This document shows positions 1 through 10,380 of a DNA stretch of 64,000 nucleotides, piece by piece (positions within the stretch are counted from its first letter, which is position 1; each line of letters starts with the position of its first letter). The notes below the pieces were generated by a model, which saw only the letters and a program-made list of their open reading frames with translations, made no database searches and was not told where the DNA came from. The DNA is from Candidatus Bathyarchaeota archaeon (GTDB taxonomy: Archaea; Thermoproteota; Bathyarchaeia; Bathyarchaeales; Bathycorpusculaceae). Where the stretch lies: the NCBI GenBank assembly GCA_963733095.1, contig CAVTBV010000006.1, positions 74,971 through 138,970 on the forward strand. Reading direction: 5' to 3'. The translations under genes were made by a program, and so were the position numbers.

Positions 1-2
1 CC

Positions 3-245
3 GGCAAAAAACATGAAATCATTGAGTACAGCGAAGACCCAGCAACATTCATTAAAAACGCCTTAAAACCCGCAGCAGTTAGAGAAATCCGCGTCACCGA
101 ACGCACTGATGGCAAAAAAATGGCAGTCATAACCGTCAACCCGAAAGATAAGGGCGTCGCGATAGGTAAGAACGGCAAGAACGCCGAACGTTTGCGCTTT
201 TTGGCAAAACGGTATTTCGACATTCAGAACGTCAGCATCTCCTAA
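3..245 (+). CDS. nusA: Archaeal NusA-like KH-domain transcription factor, 3' part (5'-truncated by window edge)
   Basis: Frame 3 reads GKKHEIIEYSEDPATFIKNALKPAAV...KDKGVAIGKNGKNAERLRFLAKRYFDI, with the KH GxxG motif IGKNG. Stop TAA at 243-245. Confidence 0.9.
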   Translation, partial: GKKHEIIEYSEDPATFIKNALKPAAVREIRVTERTDGKKMAVITVNPKDKGVAIGKNGKNAERLRFLAKRYFDIQNVSIS

Positions 246-454
246 GAGTCCGTAACTGGCTATTAGGCGATGAACACGTCGGTGATTCTCATCGTGTATT
301 GTTAAACCTAGACTGTATAAGGCTCCAATTTTGGTTTTCCAATCACTTTAATTGGTTTATCGTCGATTTTAGCTGTCAGTCAAGAAACCTTTACTGGGTG
401 TAGTCAACAAACCTTGACGAGAACCCTTTAATTTTAAACTAGATTCAGAGATTA

Positions 455-2008
455 GTGGTGAAACGGATGAAACATCAAAATTCCATCATCACTTTCGCTT
501 TTTTAACCCTACTGATATGCATCGTTTTAACCGCTGAAATTACCCTGCAAAACGTTGTAGCGCAAACCCAGGCAACCACCCCATCATTAAACGATGACTG
601 GTCGATGTTTCATCATGACCTAAACCGCACAGGAACATCCAAATCCAATTCATCCAACGGCAATCTGCTTTGGCGATTCTTTACAGGACCCTCCATAACC
701 CCCTCAGTGGCTGACCGGTTACGGGCATCCCCAACAGTTGTCAACGGCGTTGTGTACATTGGCTCAGACAACAGCATTTTTTATGCTTTGAACGCGACAA
801 CTGGTTCCCCAATTTGGCAAGTTAATGTGGGCAGTGTTGTGGAGTCATCGGCTGCGGTTGTTGATAATGTGGTTTACGTTGGGCTTTTGTGGGATGGGCA
901 TAACGGTTATGTCGAGGCTTTGAATGCTACCTCTGGCTCAGTAATCTGGCGGTTTGCAACCAACAGTGGCATCGAGTCCTCTCCTGCAGTCGTCAACGGA
1001 GTAGTCTATATCGGCTCATTTTCCGGTTATGTTTATGCATTAAACGCTACAGACGGCACGGTGATTTGGTCATACCTTACTGGCGGCACAACATTTTCTT
1101 CTCCAGCTATAGTTGACGGGATTCTCTACATTGGCTCAGGCGATGGAAACGTCTATGCCCTAAACATCGACAACGGCTCGTTATTCTGGAAGTCGCACGT
1201 CGGCAACCAAGTGTATGCTTCTCCCGCAGTCATTAATGCCACAGTATATGTCGGCTCTGATGATGGTCATGTTTGTGCTTTGAGGGCAACTGAGGGTTCA
1301 ATGGTTTGGCAAGCCAACATCGGCGTCGGAGATAACTCTGACGACTCTCCCGCCGTAGCTAATGGCATCGTGTACTTTGGTTCCCGCAACGGCTACTATG
1401 CATTCAACGCTACTGATGGCTCACAAATCTGGTTCTTTGCATCCCCATACTCTTCCCGACAGTTTACAGGATATGTGTACTCGTCTCCTGCGGTTGCTGG
1501 TGATGTTGTTTACTTTGGGTCATGTGACGGCTACGTGTTCGCTTTGAATGCCTATGACGGGTCCATTGTCTGGTCGTACCGTGCTGGCATCTTTGTGTTT
1601 TCATCGCCTGCCATCGTCAACGGCGTCGTCTATGTGGGGTCCTATGACGGTTATGTTTACGCTTTAGGCACAACAGGTTCAACTCCAACTCAAACCCCAA
1701 CTCCAACTATTCAACCGACCGTGTCTCCCTCACCAACTCCGACTGCCCTCCCAACTGTTACCCCCACCACTATCCCAACCCCACAGCCAACAGAACATCC
1801 AACATCCAAAACACACCCAACCCCAACTCCAACACAAACTCAATCACCACCCCAACTATACATAAATCAACCAACAACGGGACCAGTTGTCGCCATCGAC
1901 CCGAACACTTCTGCAAACTGGCTAATACTCGGTGCTAGCATCATTGCAGCATTGGTAGCGGTAATATTCTTCGTGCAAATCTACAGAACCCCGCAGGAAA
2001 CTCACTAA
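455..2008 (+). CDS. Cell-surface PQQ-like/BamB-type beta-propeller protein
   Basis: Signal peptide, WSMFHHDLNRTG lead-in, about 8 SSPAVVNGVVYIGS..G.VYALNA..G...W repeats, Pro/Thr linker and C-terminal TM anchor. Confidence 0.85.
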   Translation: MVKRMKHQNSIITFAFLTLLICIVLTAEITLQNVVAQTQATTPSLNDDWSMFHHDLNRTGTSKSNSSNGNLLWRFFTGPSITPSVADRLRASPTVVNGVVYIGSDNSIFYALNATTGSPIWQVNVGSVVESSAAVVDNVVYVGLLWDGHNGYVEALNATSGSVIWRFATNSGIESSPAVVNGVVYIGSFSGYVYALNATDGTVIWSYLTGGTTFSSPAIVDGILYIGSGDGNVYALNIDNGSLFWKSHVGNQVYASPAVINATVYVGSDDGHVCALRATEGSMVWQANIGVGDNSDDSPAVANGIVYFGSRNGYYAFNATDGSQIWFFASPYSSRQFTGYVYSSPAVAGDVVYFGSCDGYVFALNAYDGSIVWSYRAGIFVFSSPAIVNGVVYVGSYDGYVYALGTTGSTPTQTPTPTIQPTVSPSPTPTALPTVTPTTIPTPQPTEHPTSKTHPTPTPTQTQSPPQLYINQPTTGPVVAIDPNTSANWLILGASIIAALVAVIFFVQIYRTPQETH

Positions 2009-2164
2009 ACCCGCTGACCACTTTCACCAAAACAAGCTATCCCAAGTGAGGTGACCCAAAAAAAGAATTCTGCACCGAATAGGAATAAATCTGCTCGAAG
2101 AAAAAACAATCCTCTTTTTTCTATTTTTGTGTAAATTTTATAGCTTGCTTATGCATATGTACTT

Positions 2165-3466
2165 GTGATTCGAATGGCTGACTCCCACGAAGATGAAATT
2201 TACTCAACGATGTTTAGTTCACTTAAGCATCCGGTCAGGCGCAAGATTCTTCGAATGCTAGGAATCAAACCCATGACTTTTATGGAGATGGTTGAGGAAC
2301 TTGGAGTTTCAACGCCACATTTAACCTATCACCTTGAAAACCTCGGTGAACTGGTCTCTAAAATGGATGATGGCAAGTACAAGTTGTCTGCTTTTGGATT
2401 AGCCACTGTAGGTGCAATGAAGGGTGTCGAAGATGTTCGGGAATGTGAGCCGAAACGCGGTGTGGTGACTTCAAGGTGGAAACTCTTTTCGGTAGTGATG
2501 CTGATTTCGGTTTTGGCTTTATCGGGTGTGGCTGGTTTAGAGTATTATTCTATTAACCAGCTTTCTGGGGCTCAGAACTCGATTTCCGTTGAGAATCAGC
2601 AGTTATTGTCTTGGGGTATAGGCGCGGATAAAGTGGCTAATTTTCTTTCAAATCTGACGCAGATTGAAACAAAAAACTATACGATTTCCCTGATGAGTGA
2701 TACAATGCAGTGGCGAGCTGATTTTGGCGGTGTCGCTGAAGAAGTCACGCAGTACTCACTAAAGAGCAGCATAAGCGATTTGAACGTGTACTTGCGTTAC
2801 AGGAATAATCACTTCTCAAGATACGAGCTTAACATGATTGAAAGCTCACCCATATACTCGCAGGTCCAGCCAAACGATGTCCTGCAGAACGCAAAATATG
2901 TACTCTCTCGCTACAGAACCTACTCCGGCGATTCATACTTAAACAACATGACTAATATTTTAGCCGCAGTCAGCACCATAAGTAACATGAATGTTACTCA
3001 GGGCAACATAAAATTGCAGATTACCGTTTCAGGAGATACCGTGACATTTCTCTGGATGTACACCGAAAACGGCATAGACTACCAAGCCAAGGGTTTACAG
3101 ATGACCTTCCAAAACAACGTGTTAACCGTGTTGTCCGATGGCTATTTCCTATTTAATGTCGGAAGCACCAACATGGCTATTAGTCAAGAACAGGCCATAA
3201 ACACTGCTAAAAATTACGTCAAAACATTAACCTACAACATCGAGAACAAACCAACTTCTGGCTTTAGCGTCATAGACCCACCTGTGTCTGTTCAACTCAT
3301 CCCACATCCAAGAGGCAACTCAGTCAACCTGATTCCTTACTGGTACATTGAAATGAGCCTTACCCAGACTTATGCAGGAGGTTACAACGAAGTTGCTGTC
3401 GGAATTTACGCTGACACAGGAGAAGTATCAGATGTACAATTGCTAAGCAGTAGCACAGAAATATAG
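2165..3466 (+). CDS. Membrane-anchored ArsR-family winged-helix regulator with large extracytoplasmic domain
   Basis: N-terminal FSSLKHPVRRKILRML...LTYHLENL wHTH, one TM segment (LFSVVMLISVLALSGVAGL), then a beta-rich domain. Confidence 0.75.
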   Translation: MIRMADSHEDEIYSTMFSSLKHPVRRKILRMLGIKPMTFMEMVEELGVSTPHLTYHLENLGELVSKMDDGKYKLSAFGLATVGAMKGVEDVRECEPKRGVVTSRWKLFSVVMLISVLALSGVAGLEYYSINQLSGAQNSISVENQQLLSWGIGADKVANFLSNLTQIETKNYTISLMSDTMQWRADFGGVAEEVTQYSLKSSISDLNVYLRYRNNHFSRYELNMIESSPIYSQVQPNDVLQNAKYVLSRYRTYSGDSYLNNMTNILAAVSTISNMNVTQGNIKLQITVSGDTVTFLWMYTENGIDYQAKGLQMTFQNNVLTVLSDGYFLFNVGSTNMAISQEQAINTAKNYVKTLTYNIENKPTSGFSVIDPPVSVQLIPHPRGNSVNLIPYWYIEMSLTQTYAGGYNEVAVGIYADTGEVSDVQLLSSSTEI

Positions 3467-3496
3467 ACTTTGCAGCTTACGTTTCCGGGAAAAAAC

Positions 3497-3745
3497 TTAG
3501 GTTGATCTAGTTTCATACACAATAACTGCATCAGTCTTAATCTGCATGACTAAGTCGTGTCCTTCAACAATTTTCCGTAGATTACCCATGCTTTCCTTTG
3601 AAAGGTTTGCCTTGATGTTGATGTGGTAACCGTTATATAGTGGATACATGGCTTTCTGGGGTATCAAGGTGATGGTTGCTCCATCTAACCCTGGACACCT
3701 GTCCACAATTTCTCTCAGTAGGATTGCGATTTCCGCGAACTTCAT
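3497..3745 (-). CDS. Small hypothetical protein
   Basis: 82-aa ATG ORF with an AT-rich TATA-like upstream region. Confidence 0.55.
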   Translation of the reverse strand: MKFAEIAILLREIVDRCPGLDGATITLIPQKAMYPLYNGYHINIKANLSKESMGNLRKIVEGHDLVMQIKTDAVIVYETRST

Positions 3746-3944
3746 GAATTTAACCTATTAAATATTTGTAGTATAAACATAAAAAGTCTTCACATAAAAA
3801 CCTGTTGATGCATATTAAATTCTGCTATTTTTGTGTGGATTTGGCTGTCAAACCTCTTTTTAAAATTCATTCTTTTTATTAGTCTTTGAGCTTTCAGATG
3901 AATGAAACATAAATCTAAGTTCGCTAATAAAATTAACGAAACTA

Positions 3945-4360
3945 TTATTGCCACCACTTCTTTTTCGGTTTAATGAATAAAATTTCCTTATTTTGCGTTA
4001 GTTCAAAAATCTTGCCTAAAGAGTATTCGGGCGCTTTGGCTTCGCAGATGCCCCCCGTAAGCTCAACTTTTACAGTCCCTTTTTTATCGATATCTTTTGA
4101 AAGTATAAACCTTTTAAATGGGGCTCTATTTCTGAGATTTTCAACCCACTGTTGAGGCGATATCGGTTCTTTTTCTAACCTAATAATTTTTGCAATGACA
4201 TTTTCAATAGGTTTATTTTCAAAATCGACAACTTTTGCAATAAGCATGAAAGGCTTGCTGCTGGAGCCTTTTGAGTTTCTTGGATGTCCAATTGTAAATC
4301 GCTAATTTTTTAATCTGTTGATAGTACATTTAGCTTTTGAGCATAAACCACTTTAGCCAT
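3945..4360 (-). pseudogene. Probable degraded gene for a small beta-rich protein
   Basis: The 100-aa ORF 3945-4247 is preceded by an ATG at 4360 whose frame (MAKVVYAQKLNVLSTD*KISDLQL...) has a stop and is out of frame with the downstream part. Confidence 0.35.
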
Positions 4361-4420
4361 TTCGAAAAATTTTTGAAAAACAAAATCAAGTTTCGTATTA
4401 CTGTTACTTGTCAGGGGTAT

Positions 4421-5191
4421 TCAGGCAACAGTCATTCCTGATTCTACCCCAATTAAAACAGGATTAAATTCTCCATCAAGAATAACTATTTGCTCGATAT
4501 TTGAGAAGAAAGCAGCAGTTGGAGAATAGACTTCAGAATATTCCAGTTTCATCTCTATAACGTGGCAGTCAGAGAAGTTGAAGTCATACGCCCATTCTGT
4601 CATTTGGTAGCCCGATTGGTTTCTGTAAAAGAACTGCATGTGAACTGATTCCTTACGCATGAGTGAACCGTCAGGGGTTGTAGTAACGATCGTAGTATTG
4701 TGCCAAGTTGCACCTTCAGGAGCTGGACTGTTAAAGATACGAAACTCAGAACGCCTAGTGACGTTTGCTTCATAAGATAGTTCTATCTGCTTAGGGTCTC
4801 CTCTTCCCTGCATGTTATCATACCTTGTTTCATAGTAGTTTATGACCGCTGAGTCGATGAAGTTCGCTGACGTATTTGTTAAGTAAGTGTCTGGATGAAG
4901 GTAAGCCTCTGGGTCTGATGAACCAGTGAAGGGTTCTTTTAAAAGAATGGCTGAATAGTTGATAGACTCTGCTGTGTTGAGTGCTGTTTCTTCTTGGTTA
5001 TCTAAGTTTCTATAGATGCTTTTCTGGTATTTTAGAGGGATTTGAGTGCTATCCCAGATGAGCAAAGATATAACAATTATGCTCATCATGCAGACAACAA
5101 ATATTACACGTTTCTTATTACGCACCCTGCTGAACCTCAGTCTTGTATTTGTATGCTGCTGACTTTTAAAACTGGTCCTATAACTATTCAA
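4421..5191 (-). CDS. Hypothetical membrane-anchored exported protein
   Basis: Basic N-terminus, TM segment (VIFVVCMMSIIVISLLIW), soluble domain. Confidence 0.6.
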   Translation of the reverse strand: MNSYRTSFKSQQHTNTRLRFSRVRNKKRVIFVVCMMSIIVISLLIWDSTQIPLKYQKSIYRNLDNQEETALNTAESINYSAILLKEPFTGSSDPEAYLHPDTYLTNTSANFIDSAVINYYETRYDNMQGRGDPKQIELSYEANVTRRSEFRIFNSPAPEGATWHNTTIVTTTPDGSLMRKESVHMQFFYRNQSGYQMTEWAYDFNFSDCHVIEMKLEYSEVYSPTAAFFSNIEQIVILDGEFNPVLIGVESGMTVA

Positions 5192-5586
5192 GTTAATGAG
5201 CTATCAATCAGGTTATTGAAAATAAAATCTGAAATTTCGTATTAATGTTAACAACTATGGGCGCAGTCGGCTTCTCTCTCGCTTTCAGGTATCTGGCGGT
5301 TTTCACGTTTTCTTTGTTATATCAGCCAGTGTATCTTTGTCGACACCATGCAACTTGACCGAGTAATAAATTTTGTCATTTTCATTAGCGTTCTAACCGA
5401 CATTCAATACGCTTGTTTATCGGCTTAGATTAATTGAAGTCTCATCAGAGAAAGGCGTAAAGAGCCCTAAATTGCCATATTAAGAAAAAGGGGAACATTT
5501 GCGGGAGATATCGGCATTTTAGTCAAAATTGTTTTAATAAGACGCCTTTCAATAGTGTGAACGCTTCAAAATAGAGGCAAACAATC

Positions 5587-7503
5587 TTGTTAATCAAAGA
5601 AGTCATCCTTGAAAATTTCATGAGTTACGAATACGCCAGAGTCCCCTTTAAACAAGGCGTAAATATAATTGGAGGGCCAAACGGCGCAGGGAAATCCTCC
5701 CTTCTGCTGGCTATCTCAGTTGGTTTGGGGCAAACCTACACTGAACGCTCCCGAAAACTAAGCGATTTAATCCGTTGGGGACAAGACCAAGCCCGAGTCA
5801 CACTCATCCTCGACAACAGCAAACAAGGCAACAAACGTCCAGTCTCAAAATATAGCAAAGACCAACTCTTCCTAACCCGCGTACTGCGACGAGATGGAAA
5901 ATACTTTTTTGAACTCGAAAACCGAGTTGCCAGCAAACAAGACATTGAACGGTTGCTCGGCAAATTCGGAGTTGACCCCGACAACATGCTAATCATCATG
6001 CATCAGAACATGGTGGAGCAATTCAGCGTTTTAAGTAATGTAGAAAAACTGTATATGGTTGAAGCAGCCGTGGGTTTGGAACCTTTCAGAGAAAATGTCG
6101 TGCAAGCCAAAACCAAACTGATGCGTATACTGAGCCAAGAAGAATCAGTCAGCAAACTCCTTGAGCAAGCCCAACAAACCTTGGCTTACTGGCATGAACA
6201 ATACGAGAAGTACCAAGAGAAAAAGCAGTTACAGCTAAAACGCCGGTTTTTGGACCGTGAACTAATCTGGGCCGAAGTTGAAAAACGCGAAGCCGCAATC
6301 AAGGATTTACAGACCAAGTTTAACAAGAACCAACAGTTTTTGGGCAAGATTGAAGATGACCGACAAGCAATAATCGGCGAACTCGATGGCTTACAGACAA
6401 AGCAGCAAACCTTGAAGGACAAAGCCAGTACTGTTTTTGAACAGCGAGTAAGCTTAGAACGTGAGGTTGCACAAAACGAATCGACCTTATCGTTTATTGA
6501 ACAGTTGCTCACCGAAGCCCAAGCTATAGAAGCCCTTGCCAATAAGAGCCAGTTTAAGCTTCTTCGAAGCAAGAACCTTGAAAAAATGCTGGAAACCTCC
6601 AGACAAAAAATCGAAAAAGCAAACGAGGAAATTAAAGAAACCAAACAAATGAATCTTAAACTCGATGACTCTTCTGAGAAAATTTCCTCCGAGACTCTGG
6701 AAAAACGTGTAACTCTTGGTTTGCTGGAGTTTAAGCGGGCAAATGCAATCGCTGACATGAAAAACATCGAGAAATCGATTAAGGAAGCCGAAGAAAACCT
6801 CAGTGTTGCAATCCAAAAAGCTCAACCTTCTGGCGAGCGCATAGCAGTCCTTAAAAGTAACGCAGAAATCCAAGACGAAATCGCCTTAACCAATGGGCAC
6901 TTAGCTGCGTTGGCTGACGTTTCAGAGGACATTGAACGTCAGTATGAATCGTACTCAAAGCTTTATTTAGAACTAAAAGAGAAGGCGCAGTTGGTTGCCG
7001 AGAACCGCGAGAAAACTCTTGAAGAAGTCAAAACCCGCATGCAATCTTGGCGGACCGTTATGGAGAATCTGATTGAACGGGTAAATGTTGAATACCAGAA
7101 AATTATGAGTCAAACCCGTGCAACTGGAGAAGTGAAGCTTTCAAGCGTTCAGGATGTTGAGACTGCTGGGCTTGAGATTTATGTTGGGTTTAAAGGAAGC
7201 AAACCCGTAGCGTTGGACGCTTACACGCAAAGCGGTGGCGAACGAACCACAGCGACTATGGGTTTTCTTTTGGCTTTGCAGCAGCATGTGCGCTCCCCCT
7301 TCCGTGCAGTCGACGAATACGACATTCACATGGACCCCAAAAACCGAGAAATGATAGCTAAAGTCCTTGTTGCAATGATTAAAGATGCCAGCGCACAATA
7401 CGTTGTGATTACTCCCAGCCAAATTACTTTTGCACAACAGGACGCTAACGTCATCACTGTGCAGAACCTTGAAGGAAAATCAATCGTGCGTGAGGTTGCC
7501 TAA
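5587..7503 (+). CDS. SMC-family ATPase, SMC5/6-like (short coiled coil)
   Basis: LENFMSY, Walker A GPNGAGKS, Q-loop MHQN, long coiled coil, signature QSGGER and Walker B/D-loop PFRAVDEYDIHMD, typical of the SMC5/6 clade. Confidence 0.85.
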   Translation: MLIKEVILENFMSYEYARVPFKQGVNIIGGPNGAGKSSLLLAISVGLGQTYTERSRKLSDLIRWGQDQARVTLILDNSKQGNKRPVSKYSKDQLFLTRVLRRDGKYFFELENRVASKQDIERLLGKFGVDPDNMLIIMHQNMVEQFSVLSNVEKLYMVEAAVGLEPFRENVVQAKTKLMRILSQEESVSKLLEQAQQTLAYWHEQYEKYQEKKQLQLKRRFLDRELIWAEVEKREAAIKDLQTKFNKNQQFLGKIEDDRQAIIGELDGLQTKQQTLKDKASTVFEQRVSLEREVAQNESTLSFIEQLLTEAQAIEALANKSQFKLLRSKNLEKMLETSRQKIEKANEEIKETKQMNLKLDDSSEKISSETLEKRVTLGLLEFKRANAIADMKNIEKSIKEAEENLSVAIQKAQPSGERIAVLKSNAEIQDEIALTNGHLAALADVSEDIERQYESYSKLYLELKEKAQLVAENREKTLEEVKTRMQSWRTVMENLIERVNVEYQKIMSQTRATGEVKLSSVQDVETAGLEIYVGFKGSKPVALDAYTQSGGERTTATMGFLLALQQHVRSPFRAVDEYDIHMDPKNREMIAKVLVAMIKDASAQYVVITPSQITFAQQDANVITVQNLEGKSIVREVA

Positions 7504-8330
7504 TGCAGACCGTGAAACATAACAAGAAGCTGGGCAAAGAAAAACTGGAACGCATAATTGAAATGTGCCTTGCCATAGAAAACCACACTGTCGAACCCTT
7601 CACACTCAACATTGACGAAATAATCAAAGTCGTAAAGGAATATTTCCCCAATTGGGCAGACACCGAAGAACTAAAACTCGACGCCGAAACCCTTCACCAC
7701 TTAGCCACCGTAATTAAAATTCAAAGCGAATGGGTAAAACAGCGATCAAACTCGCTCTACGCGGACCCGTTCTTGTTGGAAGAAAAAATCCGCCAAACCA
7801 GCAAGCAGGGCATAGTTGATGTGTTTTTGGCGGCTTGGAGTCCGCTGGTTGAGTTTGAGCAGCTTAGTCTCCACCGTCTGGCACAGGGGTTGCTGTATTG
7901 GGGTGCGTTGGCTCCTATGGGTGATCGCTGGAAAGACATAGATGTTTCCCAAGTTGCCATGGGTTCAGTTAGCCGCGACGAGCTGGTTAAGCAGCGGGTT
8001 TTAAGTGACCGCGAATTTTCTGAGGAGCTGGAGTGTTACTGGCATGAACTCAAAGTTAAAGTCCAAGAAAAAGGGGCAGCTGGTAAGGTTGCCTACTGGG
8101 ATTTCATCGGTGCCGACACGTACGAGGAAACGGTGCAGCGGGCTTTCTTGACGAGTTTTCTGGTAACTTATGGTTATGCCACATTAGAGATTGATAGGTT
8201 AGAAGAGTCAGTCTTCATTTTGCCCTTCGATAAGCCCCGCAAAGAAACACTTACGGAGCAGTCGACGTCGGTTCCAATCGCTGTGTCGTGTCAAGATTGG
8301 CAAAAATGGAAACGAGGCGAAAAAATTTGA
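7503..8330 (+). CDS. Putative kleisin (ScpA/Nse4-like) subunit
   Basis: Coupled to SMC (TAATG overlap). N-terminal EPFTLNIDEII helical region and C-terminal TVQRAFLTSFLVTYGYATLE winged-helix-like segment resemble kleisins. Confidence 0.55.
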   Translation: MQTVKHNKKLGKEKLERIIEMCLAIENHTVEPFTLNIDEIIKVVKEYFPNWADTEELKLDAETLHHLATVIKIQSEWVKQRSNSLYADPFLLEEKIRQTSKQGIVDVFLAAWSPLVEFEQLSLHRLAQGLLYWGALAPMGDRWKDIDVSQVAMGSVSRDELVKQRVLSDREFSEELECYWHELKVKVQEKGAAGKVAYWDFIGADTYEETVQRAFLTSFLVTYGYATLEIDRLEESVFILPFDKPRKETLTEQSTSVPIAVSCQDWQKWKRGEKI

Positions 8331-8971
8331 GCAGCAAGAAAAAAGGTGTCTACGCAGGCAAAGTCAAGAAAGCAACCCAGATGCTCTTCTACAAACGCCA
8401 CCAGAAACCTGGCGTAAAAGGGTGGGAACTGCACAAAGCCTTGGGTTCCGATTATCCTAAAGTGCTGGATTTGTTGGAGGATTATCTAAAGCCGCTTGAT
8501 TTGCAGGTTAAAGTGGTTTTTGAAGAGGAAAAAGCCCCTGAAAAACCAACCCTCGAGGAGCTGGATAAAGCCCGATTCTTCGTTGCGCTCGCAAACGGCT
8601 CAGTAATAAAAGATAAGCTCATGGGTTGGCGAGTCGACGATTTAGCAGGTCTAGCCATAACAATAAGCTACATAATCAGCAAAAAAGGACAAGCTGCACG
8701 AAAAGACATCGAAAAAATGTTAGCTGAAAAAATGCCAAACTGGAAAATCGGTTTAAACCTTGACAGATACATCCGCTACGGCTACCTTATGCAGGACGAG
8801 AAGGGGCAGCTTTTCTTGGATTGGCGTACACGCGCGGAAGTTGACCAGAAAGCGCTCATCAACATGCTGCTTAACGCGGAGAAACAAGCTGAAGAAGCCG
8901 CCGAACCCGCATCCCAAGAGCAGGAAACCGGAGACTCAGAAGAAGCTAACACAGAAGAAGAAACCAAGTAA
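8327..8971 (+). CDS. Putative KITE (ScpB/Nse1/Nse3-like tandem winged-helix) subunit
   Basis: TTG start overlaps the previous stop (TTGA). Two wHTH-like halves (LDLLEDYLKPLDLQV; LDRYIRYGYL...LDWRTRAE) and an acidic tail. Confidence 0.55.
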   Translation: MSSKKKGVYAGKVKKATQMLFYKRHQKPGVKGWELHKALGSDYPKVLDLLEDYLKPLDLQVKVVFEEEKAPEKPTLEELDKARFFVALANGSVIKDKLMGWRVDDLAGLAITISYIISKKGQAARKDIEKMLAEKMPNWKIGLNLDRYIRYGYLMQDEKGQLFLDWRTRAEVDQKALINMLLNAEKQAEEAAEPASQEQETGDSEEANTEEETK

Positions 8972-8972
8972 G

Positions 8973-9539
8973 CTAAACCGCTAAAACAGCAATATAACAG
9001 TTCACGGCTTCTTCATCCACAAACGTATTAACCTCCATCCCTGAACCGTCAAGGATATCCATGAATTTTTCTAGCGGAAATGCCTTCTTGAGCCCCGTAA
9101 CAATAATCCTGCCACCGGTCCCAGCAACGCGCTTTAGCTCTTGCAGGGTTTCGGAGGGTTTGGGCATGTTCTGCAATATGGTAAAGGCGAATATGGCGCC
9201 AAAATAGCCGTCTTTGAAGGGCAGGTGGTCGGCGTCAGCTTGAAGGATATGGGTGTTTTGGAAGGGGTAAACGTGGGATTTGGCTTTTTGAAGGAGTATG
9301 CGCGAGAAGTCAACGCCTATGGCTATTTCAACTTTATCGGCAACTTCACGGAAAAATAGTCCCGAGCCGCATCCAACATCCAAAACCTTTTTTCCCTCTA
9401 AATGAACGTTTTCCAGCGCCTTATCGTATTTCCTCTGCTGCTCCTCGCCGTACTGCTCATCGTAACTCGCCGCTGTCACATCATACCGCCCCATCACCTT
9501 GCGCTTCTCTTTCCAAGCCTTCAACGCGTAATCCTTCAA
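8973..9539 (-). CDS. Class I SAM-dependent methyltransferase (UbiE-like)
   Basis: VLDVGCGSG, GVDFS, ADADHLPF motifs. Confidence 0.85.
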   Translation of the reverse strand: MKDYALKAWKEKRKVMGRYDVTAASYDEQYGEEQQRKYDKALENVHLEGKKVLDVGCGSGLFFREVADKVEIAIGVDFSRILLQKAKSHVYPFQNTHILQADADHLPFKDGYFGAIFAFTILQNMPKPSETLQELKRVAGTGGRIIVTGLKKAFPLEKFMDILDGSGMEVNTFVDEEAVNCYIAVLAV

Positions 9540-9585
9540 GAAATCTTATGTACCCAAACCCACCCTAAATAGTTGGCTGAAACCT

Positions 9586-10380
9586 ATGCTGCAAAACAAC
9601 AAACTCACAGTCCTAAAAGAGCCCTCTATCGCGGAAGCCGCTGTTCTCATCGAAAAAGCCTTCGCCCAACGAAGAACTCTTGTCGTCGCAGGTACCTGCC
9701 ATGTCCACTACGTCGGCAGAGCACGCAGCACCCTCGAAGAGGGCGAACGCCTCCTCATAATCAAATCCGACGGCAGCCTCCTCGTTCACCGCCCAGTCGG
9801 TTACGAACCCGTCAACTGGCAACCCGCAGGCAGCATCTTCCACGTCGAAATCAAGCAGGAAGGACTCGAAATCCACGGCGTGCGCCAAAAACCCCGCGAA
9901 AGCGTCCGCGTAACCTTCAAAAACATCTACATGCTCAGCGCCCTCCAACTTACCGATGCAGGAGATTTCCTTTTGCATGCCAGCGAAGACGACATGCACC
10001 GCGCCATTCTCCTCAAACCCGAACTCCTCGAAGAAGGGTTTAAGCCGATTAGCTGGGAGAAAAAAGTGGAACCCGGCTTCGTAGATATCTACGGGGAAGA
10101 CAAAGATGGCAAACTCGTCATCGTGGAAGTGAAACGCAAAATAGCGTCCAAAGAAGCTGCGCTCCAGTTGGCTAAGTACATTGAACCCATAAAAGCCAAG
10201 GTGAACCGTGAAGTCCGCGCGGTTTTGGCTGCTCCGAGTTTGGGGAAGGATGTGCAGAGGTTGATGGTTACGCTTGGATTAGAATACAAAGCTCTGGATC
10301 CGAAGGTCTGTGCTGAAGTGCTCAAGAAGACGGAGAACTCTAAACTCGAGAGTTTCTTTAACCAAAAAGAGGTTGTCTAA
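9586..10380 (+). CDS. nucS: Endonuclease NucS/EndoMS
   Basis: YVGRARSTLEEGERLLIIKSDGSLLVH...PVNWQP, GFVDIYGED, IVEVKR, QLAKY motifs. C-terminal PIP-like KLESFF. Confidence 0.92.
   Translation: MLQNNKLTVLKEPSIAEAAVLIEKAFAQRRTLVVAGTCHVHYVGRARSTLEEGERLLIIKSDGSLLVHRPVGYEPVNWQPAGSIFHVEIKQEGLEIHGVRQKPRESVRVTFKNIYMLSALQLTDAGDFLLHASEDDMHRAILLKPELLEEGFKPISWEKKVEPGFVDIYGEDKDGKLVIVEVKRKIASKEAALQLAKYIEPIKAKVNREVRAVLAAPSLGKDVQRLMVTLGLEYKALDPKVCAEVLKKTENSKLESFFNQKEVV

Noticed and set aside
700-1670. Repeated units of about 120 bp
   Set aside because: Diverged beta-propeller blades; no template/variable repeat pair or reverse transcriptase, so not a DGR.
1680-1860. ACxCCx-rich repetitive DNA
   Set aside because: Explained by the Pro/Thr linker of the surface protein.
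5587-10380. Wadjet (JetABCD) defence system
   Set aside because: No Toprim JetD; gene order and ATPase motifs fit SMC5/6-like better; nucS is separated by an oppositely oriented methyltransferase.
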